Shown piece by piece: positions 11,123 through 21,333 of a DNA stretch of 43,633 bases (its first letter is position 1; each line of letters begins with the position of its first letter). Location: NCBI GenBank assembly GCA_030167865.1, contig JALAGF010002193.1, forward strand, positions 1 to 43,633, in the 5' to 3' direction. Made by a program: the position numbers and the translations under genes. The notes beneath the pieces were generated by a model, which was given only the letters and a program-made list of their open reading frames with translations, searched no databases and was not told the origin of the DNA. Source of the stretch: Craspedostauros australis. Lineage: Eukaryota.

Positions 11123-13687
11123 TCAATTCTCCCTCGGCTTCGTGCCGAACGACGCCTGCCGCAGGACGGACTTCATCAAGCCGTTGGCCGGCGACGTGTT
11201 GGTGACGTCCCAGCGACTGGCCGGCGGGTCTTTCTTCTTGGTGGGCCGTCCCGTCTTGTGGTCGGAGACGTTGCGCGGGGGCTTCATCCAATCCGTTTTG
11301 TTGCGCTTGCCGGTGCTGGGGATGTTGTCGCGCGGAAAGACGGGTGGCGACGAGATGGGGCTGGGCACGGGGTCTTCGAAGAGGATGGGCGTCACGCAGC
11401 TGTCGACGCTGATGCTGCGCATTGGATTGGAGGATGCGCTGAGACGAGGCGAAGGAGACATGACGGTGTGCTGGGGTTGCATGGGTGCCTGGTACGACAG
11501 CGAGGAGGATCGACGTCGATGGTTATGCATGGCATGCTTGTGCCGCGGATGGCCATGGCCGTTGCCGTTCACGGTGGAGCTCGCGGCACGGCTATGGCTG
11601 CTGGTGCTGGGACGTCGCGATTGTTGTCCCTGCTGCTGGTACGGGTAGCCGAAGACGGCCTCCGCCGTGCGTTGGCGGATGCTGTTGGATTGGAACTCGC
11701 CCTTGGCGTTGCCGATGTCGGGATCTGCGAGGCTGGAATGCAAGGATGATCTGCGCGAGGTGCTGGAGTCAGCCTCCCATCTCGATCCTCCGATCAGGAC
11801 CGGGTCGTGGGAAGAGTTGCGTCGGCTCCTCGTGCGGTAGGTGGAGCTGTGATTGCTGTTGCTGTTGGAGATAGTCATGTTGCTGTTGCCTGGTAGCGGA
11901 GAGGAGAGCGATAGACTGGCGAGCGGCAGGTAGGAGGAACGGCCGACCTCGTCACGGTCATCATCGAGGTGCAGGTTGAGGTTGATGCCGCTGTTGATGC
12001 TGGTGTTATTGTTGTTGACCTGCAATGGATCTGACAGTCGACGTGGATTCATGAGCGTGTGTCGGAAGCGTCCCGATGATCCGGGCAGCCTCGGCGAGGA
12101 ATCGGACTGCTTGCGGCGGCCGGAATGGGTGGACGTCGATGCTGCCTTGAAGCGGTTGAACGCCATGTGCGCATCGGCGCCGCTGTCAGGACTCGAGGTG
12201 CCCACGATCCTCTCCTCCTCTCGATAGACGCTGTCCTCCAGGGAGCTGACCGTATCGTCGTCGTCATCGTCGTTATCGCTGCTGTCGCTGGACGAGCAGG
12301 ATGACGTGGTGGAGGAGGTCGCAGTGAAGTGGTCGTCACCGCGTTCCTTGCCCTGTCCGACGCTGCCCTTGTGGATGCTTGTGCTGTTGGCACTGTGTCG
12401 TTTGGGAGGCCTTTGGGTTTGGGTTTGAGTGAGGACGAGTGTGTCCTTGCCGTGCTTGCCGCTGGGGTCGCTCTTTGTGGGTTCATTGTTGTTGCCATCG
12501 CCTGCGGCAGCTGCATTGGCATTGCTGTCCACGTTGGTAGCCAGGTTGGTAGCCATGTTGGTAGCCAGGTTGGTATGGATGTCATCCATACTGCCTGAGG
12601 ACGGGTCTTGATGATCAAAGAGGGGCGTGATGGTGAGCGATGAGAAGTTGGCGACGTTGTGCTTCTTCTGCCGCTGCCGCATGGCCTTTGATTTTCTGGA
12701 GGACCGGCTGTCGCTCTGCTTTGCGCTGCCATGCTTCTTGTAGCTCCTCTTCTTGACAGGGACGGCGTACACTATCCTTGGAATATCACCGAGGCCATCG
12801 TCGTGGACCTCCTTCGGCTTCTTCCGACGCCTCAAGTTGGTGGTGCTGGCGTTGCTCGTCGTCTTGACGGCCTTGGTCTTCTTGAGGTTCTTCTTGGGCA
12901 GCTTGATGGCCTTGACGGAGTCCATGCACTTGTGACCGCCTGCCACCGAGGCGTTGGGCGTCGCCGGGTCCAAGGGGTGCTTCGTCTTCGTGGCGGGCGT
13001 GACGATGGAGGAACATTCCTGCGCCGCGGATCCTTCCGGTTCTCTGTTGACGCTGCGCGTGGCAGCATCGATGCAGGTGATGTCGGGCATCCTCGTGCGA
13101 TGCTTGTGCTTCGCGAGGGCCTCGCTGACCAAGGTGTGGTGGTTGCGCATGTGGTGGCTGCTGCTTCCTTGATTGGCGTTGCTGCGGACGACGATGGGAG
13201 GCAGCAGGTTTGGCTTGGCGCTGTGCTGGGACTTGGAGAGCACTGGTGAACTGTTTGTGCTTGTGTTGGTGTTGGTGGTTGTGTTGGTAGTTGTGCTTGT
13301 GGTCGGGATCAGTGCGGCTCCAATTCCATTCACTGTATGTTTCTCATGGACCTTCAGCTGTTGTTGTTGTTGTTGCTGTTGTAGCTGGGTCTGCGTCCGC
13401 GGATGCATGTTCTGTTCGTGAACTGGCTCGCCTTGTTGTTGATGTTGTTGATGATGTTGCTGCTGTGGTTCCTGCGACTGCGCATGACCGACGCCGCAAG
13501 CATCAGCAGCAGCTTGAATAGTAGCCTGAGTAGTAGCCTGAGTCGTAGCTTGAGTAGTAGCTTGAGTATCCTCTTCAATAGGTCCAATAGCAGTAGCAGC
13601 AGAATGAGCATTCATGTCTGCTTGTTCGCGATCATCATGCGTGCACATGATGTCATTCGGCACGAGCACCGTCCTTTGCCGCTGCAT
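11123..13687 (-). CDS. Hypothetical intrinsically disordered Ser/Gln/His-rich protein, about 854 aa
   Basis: 2.5-kb stop-free ORF; first ATG at 13687 (the track start is TTG). PolyQ, TQAT x4 repeats, basic NLS-like stretches. No recognisable globular domain. Confidence 0.75.
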   Translation of the reverse strand: MQRQRTVLVPNDIMCTHDDREQADMNAHSAATAIGPIEEDTQATTQATTQATTQATIQAAADACGVGHAQSQEPQQQHHQQHQQQGEPVHEQNMHPRTQTQLQQQQQQQQLKVHEKHTVNGIGAALIPTTSTTTNTTTNTNTSTNSSPVLSKSQHSAKPNLLPPIVVRSNANQGSSSHHMRNHHTLVSEALAKHKHRTRMPDITCIDAATRSVNREPEGSAAQECSSIVTPATKTKHPLDPATPNASVAGGHKCMDSVKAIKLPKKNLKKTKAVKTTSNASTTNLRRRKKPKEVHDDGLGDIPRIVYAVPVKKRSYKKHGSAKQSDSRSSRKSKAMRQRQKKHNVANFSSLTITPLFDHQDPSSGSMDDIHTNLATNMATNLATNVDSNANAAAAGDGNNNEPTKSDPSGKHGKDTLVLTQTQTQRPPKRHSANSTSIHKGSVGQGKERGDDHFTATSSTTSSCSSSDSSDNDDDDDDTVSSLEDSVYREEERIVGTSSPDSGADAHMAFNRFKAASTSTHSGRRKQSDSSPRLPGSSGRFRHTLMNPRRLSDPLQVNNNNTSINSGINLNLHLDDDRDEVGRSSYLPLASLSLSSPLPGNSNMTISNSNSNHSSTYRTRSRRNSSHDPVLIGGSRWEADSSTSRRSSLHSSLADPDIGNAKGEFQSNSIRQRTAEAVFGYPYQQQGQQSRRPSTSSHSRAASSTVNGNGHGHPRHKHAMHNHRRRSSSLSYQAPMQPQHTVMSPSPRLSASSNPMRSISVDSCVTPILFEDPVPSPISSPPVFPRDNIPSTGKRNKTDWMKPPRNVSDHKTGRPTKKKDPPASRWDVTNTSPANGLMKSVLRQASFGTKPREN

Positions 13688-16600
13688 GGTTGACTGTTCT
13701 ATCAAGTTGCCTCCTTTGCCAGTAGTATCGGAGGAGCAGATGCACCGATGGGAATAGATCTATGAGTGCTTCCCTTGCTGCCTCCCTTGCTGCCTCCCTC
13801 GCGGTCCCTCGCAGTCCGTTCCAACCCGTTCTAGTCGGAATTTGATGAATCTCGGCTGAACCAGGATGATGCGAGTTGCGATTGCAATGTTGTGCTTCCC
13901 TTCGGAGCGGATGCAATTGCAGCCGTTCAGAATGGACTGATTGATCCCAGCGAGTGAGTGGGTGGGTGAGCGAGAATGGATCCAGTGTCTCTATCGGTAT
14001 CGCTATCTCAATCTATCTCAATCTCTGTCTGCCTCGGCCTCCGTTTCTTTCGCTTTCGACCAATGGAGAGAGCACTTCCTTTGTGCAGAGCAACAAGCCT
14101 TTCTTGAACTTGTTCTGGTTCTCGTTGCTCCCGTCGCCGCTTCCTCTTCAGCGTCTTGCGCTACTTCTGCTTCTTTCCGAAGGCAGCCTCCTTTGCGCAG
14201 AACAGCTTCCAAGGGCCACCGCTTCCTTCGAATCTGACGGATGCGCTGCCCTTTGTGCGCTTCCTGTTCTTCTTCTTCTTTGGTGTGCTGTTCTATGATA
14301 CAATACGATCAGTACGATGCGATCAGTACAATACGATACCAGAGATGGTGCTGTGGCACGACTATGGCAGACAGGGAAGTGTCTCTGCGTTCTGATTGAT
14401 CTTCTTTGTCGCGATTGGTGGTTGCGATTGGTTGTTGTCGCTCCTTGATGACCGCTCTCCCAAGCCCAGGCTCCGTCCTCTGCCTGCTTCAGTTTGTTGA
14501 ATCTGACAGCTCTTGTTCCTGAATGATGTTTCTTGTTGCGGCTGTGAAGGCAGACCGAAGTGTCGCTGAGGGGGTTGTTGCAGCAGGCGTGATTCTGAAG
14601 GCTGCGATGCGACACCTGACGATACTCTCTGGCAGGTCGTTCAATACGTGCAGCACATCAACCCAACCAGGATGTTCTTGGTGTCTTTCTGCGTTCGGGG
14701 TTTGCGGATAATTGATTTCCAACGCGCCAAACTGCTGCTCGAAAATGCTCTCCTTTGCTCCTCACAGCGCGGAAATTCTCGTCTTTGTCACCGCGCTTCT
14801 TCCGTTCGGCACGCCAACATTCTCCTTCACCAAGAGTACTGGGACATACGCGCTGTGTACGCGCGCGCAAATCTTCAACGAGTACCCTCACTACCGCGGT
14901 ACGCACGTTTGCTCTGCTCCACACCGATAGGCACAATGCCATGTCTCGTCGTGGGAGTGACACAAAACGACACAACGTGGCGATGCGCAACACAACACAT
15001 AGCACGTACGACTACAGTTGCAGAGAGCACCGGTACAAACACACCGTATTCCTCCCATGGGATGTCCGTGGACGGCACCAGTTCGTACACAAAGAAGGAT
15101 GTTGGGAGCAAGGCATGTCACCACAAACGACGATACAACACGTTCGTACGGATGCGTGCTAAGCCTTCCGTTCGTGGCATCACGCCAACAAAACAATGCC
15201 TTCCGATCGATAATGTATCACGCACAAAGACCAACATCAACCTCATGGAAACCTTGAGACGTGAGTTAACCGACGCAATGACGGTACATTAAGACCAATC
15301 CAATGGTGTGCTAAATAATCAATGTCCCTACCACGGTTTCAGAAGTCCCAATTAGCAAAATCGAACTCTACTTAACATATCGTGACAGATGTACGATCAC
15401 ATTGGAGCAACATCAAAACACTTATCCTACACCACGTAAACACCCTGTGCAACTACTACCGGCGATACAAGCCCGAGACCCTGTGGGAATTGGCTTCAAT
15501 GCGAATTTCATTTCGCTGACCGACCCTATTTCGGACTTCACATCCCTGTGTCGTACCGCCGCGCTTTGACTTCCCTGTTCTTGTCAATGCTCTTCCTTCA
15601 ACCTGTGTCTGCGCACCGGACATACGTAGATCTTGCAGAACAGAGATTTGCGTGTTGGTAGACTGGCCTTCCTACCGCGCCCACGTAAGCAAGTCCACTG
15701 ACAAAATCGAAAAACGAATCTGCGAATCAAAGTTTTCTCGAGGGGTTGTTTGTGTCCTTTGTGCTCGGCTGTGGGATCGTTGCAAACAAACAATGAATGA
15801 ATGAATGAATGGAAGGAGCAGAACCGACAATTGACCAAAGGAACGACAACAATCTCACCAGCAGAAGCAACAACAACAACAACAACATCCAATCAAGCAA
15901 CGTCTCAACCAATTCATCGCCTCTCACTCCAAAACAACAAATACGTCCATCACCACCAACTTCGCACATGCGCCTTCGGATCCATGCCATTTGCATCTCC
16001 AGATGCGCAGCCGTTTTCTCTTTTCCCTATTCTGCGAGCAATTGAATCTCTGTCTATTTCATCCACGTCCTTCAAGCTGGCTGCCGGTTGTTGTGCGTCA
16101 TCCAGTCCGCGCGTTTTGACCATCTTGCACGACGAACAATATCATTTGTGACTTCTTCACATCGATCCGTACGACTGATCTTCCGGGTCATCTGTTTTGC
16201 CCACACACAACACACCAACGAGTACCAGTAGAGGAGTTCAGACAGTTTACACGGCTGACAGCAGGTGAGCATTGCGTCGCGAGGACATCGTATCAGAGCA
16301 GAGTCGACGGCTGGCATCATGGCCGTACTCTACTCTAATCTACGCCTGTCCATACAATGCCTATTCGCACAACTCTGTCGTTTAAATAGGCGGTAACATG
16401 TGGGTGAATGTTCGTATCTCGCCATCCTCCAAGTCAAACGCGAAGTTCAGCTCGCAGGGTACAAGCCCATTGCATCTGCTCCGGCTAATTGATCAACCTC
16501 ATCGGTCACTCTGCCGAGCCATGCATCGCCCCAGAGGACGAGCTCCTCCACATAAAGTGGACCTCCATCCTTCATCAAAGCCTCATGAAACTGCGATGCG

Positions 16601-16732
16601 ATGCGATGTGATACCTCCTGCTCTAATTACTCGTGCACTGCTCTATGTGCTCTACTGTGTTCTGGCCCTGCTCGGCTGGTCTGTGGACATAATCTCCTCG
16701 TTGCGAAATACGAATCCGCCGATGTGGGGCGA

Positions 16733-17947
16733 CTACGACGGCTCTTCCATCAACAAGGTCGGCGCCGGTGGCAGATCGATTGCGGACGGTATGGAAAGTG
16801 ACGAGGTGGATGCCGTGTCGTCCGTCAGGTTGGGCGAAGGCTTGCACTGGTCGCTCGTGTGGCAATCGTCGTCGTCGGAATCACCCGCGTTTGCATAGTC
16901 GTCATGTCGATGTGCGCAACCTTGATCCAATCCATCATCGTCCTCTGCACATTCGCTTGTCTGTGTATCATCGCGGCTGTCCATCCCATCGCTGTCCGTG
17001 TCTGCGCAATTGTCGTCGTTGTCAGAATCATCAGCATCACTGCGCGCGCAGCTATCATCGTCGTCATCATCCTGGAACGACGCGAGCGATGGAAGATCGC
17101 TGAAGTCGCTCTGATCATCCTCATCCTCATCATGATTGGCGTTATCGTTATCATTGGCGTTGGCGTGGCCACCCCCCAGCGAAGCAGTTGCAGTGCTGGA
17201 ATGGACAGTGGCGGAGTGCCGACGAACATGTTGATGTGCCGTTGTCGTCGTCGTCGTCGTGGCGGCAGTTGAATGCGGCGCAGAGGAACGCCGTGCCGCA
17301 CCGATGATGGTGGAGGAATAGTTGTACGCAATGCGGGAACGTCGCTGCCGCGATCGATGCTGCGGCATGCTGTAGTACGGATCAAACCTGCTGGGAGGCT
17401 GTGCTGTCGTCATCGGCATCGGATCGTAGGAATCCAGGTCCTCGATGATCTCATCCAGCGCCGCCTGTATTATGCTGAGCGAGGATGCGGATGGAGATGC
17501 CGACGTTGACGTCGAGGACGATGAGGTTCGGATGGAGGAGCTGCGATGCATTGGTTGCTGCGGAGCGTCGTCGTAGGAGGGGTACAGCAGACGCGGCGCC
17601 GAGGCTGGCATACTCTCCTCCTCTCCTGTCGATGTAGCTGTTGCGTTGGCAGACTGCCGATGATGCTGGCGATTGCGCCTTCGATGATCGCTACCGCCTG
17701 CTGTCGACAATGGATTGGTGCGCGTCTGTTCTCTTTGTACGAGCACGTTGGTGCTGCTGTTGTTGTTGTTGTTGTTGTTGCTGTGGGCGCTGCTGGCGAT
17801 CGTATTTGTGCTGTTGCGGCTATTTTGTCCATCGCCATCTGCTGGGTGATTCTGTGACTGTCTCTGTTGCGACTCCTGCTGTTGCGACTCCCGCTGTTGC
17901 TGTGAACTTGGTCGGGCGCTGGACTCCGATGTCAAAGAGGCCGCCAT
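16733..17947 (-). CDS. Hypothetical low-complexity Ser/Asp-rich protein, 404 aa
   Basis: 1.2-kb ORF from an ATG preceded by an A/C-rich leader. One short amphipathic helix (IIQAALDEIIEDLD) and an acidic C-terminal third. Confidence 0.65.
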   Translation of the reverse strand: MAASLTSESSARPSSQQQRESQQQESQQRQSQNHPADGDGQNSRNSTNTIASSAHSNNNNNNNSSTNVLVQREQTRTNPLSTAGGSDHRRRNRQHHRQSANATATSTGEEESMPASAPRLLYPSYDDAPQQPMHRSSSIRTSSSSTSTSASPSASSLSIIQAALDEIIEDLDSYDPMPMTTAQPPSRFDPYYSMPQHRSRQRRSRIAYNYSSTIIGAARRSSAPHSTAATTTTTTTAHQHVRRHSATVHSSTATASLGGGHANANDNDNANHDEDEDDQSDFSDLPSLASFQDDDDDDSCARSDADDSDNDDNCADTDSDGMDSRDDTQTSECAEDDDGLDQGCAHRHDDYANAGDSDDDDCHTSDQCKPSPNLTDDTASTSSLSIPSAIDLPPAPTLLMEEPS

Positions 17948-19269
17948 TGTGTTTCATGAACGTTGTGTGCAACTCTCTCTGTGAGTATTGTAGTCCAAGA
18001 GATGTTGCTCTGCGACCTGTGGCACATCCAGTTCACTTGTCCTTTCGTTGCTTTCTTTGCTTTCTTTGCTTCCTGTCCTCTCTGTGCTTTATTGACATTT
18101 GTTGACACAGAAGCGTTTCTTGCTGGGTGGGTTGAGGGTGTCGTTGTGTGGTATTGCAATAGTAGTATGGAATAGGAGCTAGAGCAGAGTATGATGTTTT
18201 ACCACTCCTTCCCTCTCTGCATCTCTCTCTCTCTCTCTCTCTCTTTGAAGTCCCATGCGCAAGGAGAGGAGCCAATGCTGTGGCTGCTTGTTGTCTTTTT
18301 GTCACCTCCACCACGATTGCTGACGCTGGGATTCGGGAACAGCCTAACGGGGTTGGCTGCTTTGTTGTCTGCGTTCTCTTGTTCTTCTTCTTGGTGGATT
18401 CTGGTGGATTCGGCTTGATCTGCGTGAAGGTCATGATTCTCTTCATTCGTACCGGTAGTCGTACCAATCAGCCGTGGCACGACGACGTGACGACGTGGTC
18501 ATCTCCTTGTTCTGTTCCGCGCCAGTGATACCTTCCGCTCTTCTTTTGCGCCACCAGAAGCGCCTGACGATGTCATATTTTGGGAGTGACCTGCGAACTT
18601 CGTTGCGCCAGTCTCCAAATTATTCGTGATCCAACGAATAAACGAACGATTCAACATAGCAAAATGGGCATTTGATGTTGAAATTGTTTCAGCACAGAAT
18701 GAATATTTACAGCCATTCATGATTTGTGACACGAGGAGCAACATTTTGTTCTTGGCGCTGAACGCAGACGTGGCGATGAGTTTGGTTGTTGTTGCACAAC
18801 AAGACAGAACCGCCTCGAGTCACTCCATTGGGACCATGCTCTATCAATAGTACACACTCGTTGCATTGATCATCGTGCATGGGCTCCTGTTGCAGCAGCC
18901 GCAGTGGGCGGTTCCAACATCAACAACGAAAGCGGTTCGTGTGATGCCGACTCGTATGCTGTGCAAAGCTACGCAAGTTTCTGTTCCATAGAGTACTGCA
19001 GTTGTGCTATACTGTACGCAAGATGATCTTGTCCTGCTCTACCTAATCTACTCTACCATATGTATGTGCTCTCTGCATCCTGCCCAGGCTGTGTATTCTG
19101 CTGTGCTGACATCGCCGCCACCATGGATGGATTGTTCTGGTGCATGCGGACGAGCAACATTGATCGTGGGACACCTTGAAGGTTCGCGAATGAGCGAGTC
19201 GTTCTCAGAGATCCTTCTGCGTGGCGATCAAATGGGGAAAGATTCATTGCGCTGCCGCATCATCACAAA

Positions 19270-21333
19270 TCATTTGAAGCGCCGCTCCGAGAGCTGGTTG
19301 GGGTTCATGAATCCGCTGGATCGTCGCGGCGGATGCGACGGCGGATGGTCCGATGAAGACCGTCCCGGCGATGGCTGCTGCTGCTCGGCGTATCGTCGCG
19401 GCGGGACGAGATCCGAGACCGGGACGGCTCTGCTGAATGGTTTGGTCGTTTTGGTCTTGGGGCTGGTTTCCCAGCGGGCCTCCTGCGAGCGCGTCTTGGG
19501 CACGTAGGTTGGACGCACCTCGTTCTTCTCTATCGACGCGTACGGGCTCGAGACGTACTGGATGTTCGGTGGCAACGGCGGCGGAGGTGGCGTGCTGAAG
19601 GAGAAGGAATACGGCCGCACGTGCCGACGATGCTGCACATGGCTCTGCGATCGTGACAGCGGTCTTTGCATGCTGGCATCGCCCATGTTGTGGTCGGCAG
19701 CGTTGCCATCATCGTTGCCGCGGCTGTTCGGACCATCGTCGCCGCAGAATGGTGCGGACATGAGCAATCCACCGGGCAAGGAAAGGCGCCTGTGCAGCAA
19801 GTTGGGGTCGCCGTAGGCATCGTCAGCTGCTGACATCGTGTCGATCATGTCAGGTGGCAAGGTTGGATCCGGCTGTATCCGAAATTGCATGGGTCGTTTG
19901 GTCAACGGCGGACGACTGCCCAGTAATTCAATATCGTCGTCGTCGCTATCATCGCTGTCATCGTCATCATTGTGGTCATCATCGTCGTCGCCTGTGTTGC
20001 TCCGACGATTGTCTCGACCCTGCTGGCCGCCATTACAATCATCGTCACAATCGTCGTCACGATCGCTGTCGAGCTGACCGTCGTCATCGCTGCGACCGTT
20101 GTGATGACCGCGACGACCGGCCGCACGAAGGCCGCAACCGGAATCCGCGTTGTTGATCCCGCGCACGGACGACGAGGCGGAATGCTGCGTGTTGATGCTG
20201 ACGGAGGCGACGCTGTACGATGCGAGGCTGGGCATGGAGTCGGTGCGGGAATGCTTGCTGTTGCCTTGAGCGTAGGAGCGCACGGAGCCGTCGGCCTCCC
20301 TGAGCGCTGTGCGCAGGCTGGTGGACCGCATGGAATCGCCCGTGAGGATGACCTGCCCCGTCGTGCGGCGGCTGACGGAGCGGATGGAGGAATCGTCGGC
20401 GAAGTAGCGCGTGCTGGTGCTGGGGGTGAGCGGCGTGAGAGGTGGCGGCGAGGTGAGGGAGGTGTGGTGGCTGACGGAGTGCATGGAGGAGTCATCCATC
20501 ATGTGATGCTGCGACCTCATCGACGAGTCGTCCATCCAGGGTGGCGGAGAGTGCGACTGCTGCGATTGTTGCGACTGCTGCATCCCAGATTCCGGGAGCG
20601 AGGCCGCCTTGCTCTTTTTGGCTTTTGATTGCTTGTGCTTCTTGATTTTCTTGCGTTGCTTCCTGCTGTGGCTGCTGCTGCCGCTGCTGAGGCCGCTGCT
20701 GAGCCCCCCTGGCTGCATTGGGGACGATGCGGCGGAAGGAGGCAGTGGGGATCTGGAGCCCCCCTCGAGTTCTGCATTGGCTGCCGGGGTTGCGTCCGCT
20801 GCTGATTCAGGCGCCTTAGCGACGAACTTGAGAGCCCTGGTTCTGGAGGTGTGCCGTTCGAAGCCCTCCAGCGAGTTGATGCTCTCATCGTCGTTGTAGT
20901 CTTCGTCGTCCTCTGCATCGTCTTCCGCATCCTCACTCATTGCAGCGCTGGCGTTGTTGTTGATGTCATTGTAGTCCTCGTCCATCGCATCGTCGCCGTG
21001 GCAGCTGATGGGATTGTCATCGCTGTTGTCGTTGTCGTTGTCGTTGTCATCAATGCTGGTGTGGATGCTGTTGTGGATGCTGTTGTGGTTGCTCGTGTGG
21101 TTGATGGTGTGGGAGTGATCACCATGATCACCATGAACACCATAGTCATTAGCACCATGAACACCATCATGAACACCATCATCTCGATAGCCGTAGTGAT
21201 CGTGCGGAGTCTGCGAATGCCGTTGCCTATCGCTCTGCAGCGACATGGCACCGAGCTGCTTCGTTGCTGTGTCGATCTCCATCGTGCTGCTGTTGCTTTC
21301 GGAGAACGTATTGGACTCTCGTTGCTGTCCCAT
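19270..21333 (-). CDS. Hypothetical intrinsically disordered Asp/Ser-rich protein, about 687 aa
   Basis: 2.1-kb ORF; first ATG at 21333 (MGQQRES). Repeated DDSS(M/I)(R/H)S units, a basic NLS-like cluster RKQRKKIKKHK and a Pro-rich C-terminus. Confidence 0.75.
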   Translation of the reverse strand: MGQQRESNTFSESNSSTMEIDTATKQLGAMSLQSDRQRHSQTPHDHYGYRDDGVHDGVHGANDYGVHGDHGDHSHTINHTSNHNSIHNSIHTSIDDNDNDNDNSDDNPISCHGDDAMDEDYNDINNNASAAMSEDAEDDAEDDEDYNDDESINSLEGFERHTSRTRALKFVAKAPESAADATPAANAELEGGSRSPLPPSAASSPMQPGGLSSGLSSGSSSHSRKQRKKIKKHKQSKAKKSKAASLPESGMQQSQQSQQSHSPPPWMDDSSMRSQHHMMDDSSMHSVSHHTSLTSPPPLTPLTPSTSTRYFADDSSIRSVSRRTTGQVILTGDSMRSTSLRTALREADGSVRSYAQGNSKHSRTDSMPSLASYSVASVSINTQHSASSSVRGINNADSGCGLRAAGRRGHHNGRSDDDGQLDSDRDDDCDDDCNGGQQGRDNRRSNTGDDDDDHNDDDDSDDSDDDDIELLGSRPPLTKRPMQFRIQPDPTLPPDMIDTMSAADDAYGDPNLLHRRLSLPGGLLMSAPFCGDDGPNSRGNDDGNAADHNMGDASMQRPLSRSQSHVQHRRHVRPYSFSFSTPPPPPLPPNIQYVSSPYASIEKNEVRPTYVPKTRSQEARWETSPKTKTTKPFSRAVPVSDLVPPRRYAEQQQPSPGRSSSDHPPSHPPRRSSGFMNPNQLSERRFK

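Noticed and set aside
8551-13693. Long + strand ORFs antisense to NGDN and the 854-aa gene
   Set aside because: Antisense shadows of codon-biased, trinucleotide-rich genes.
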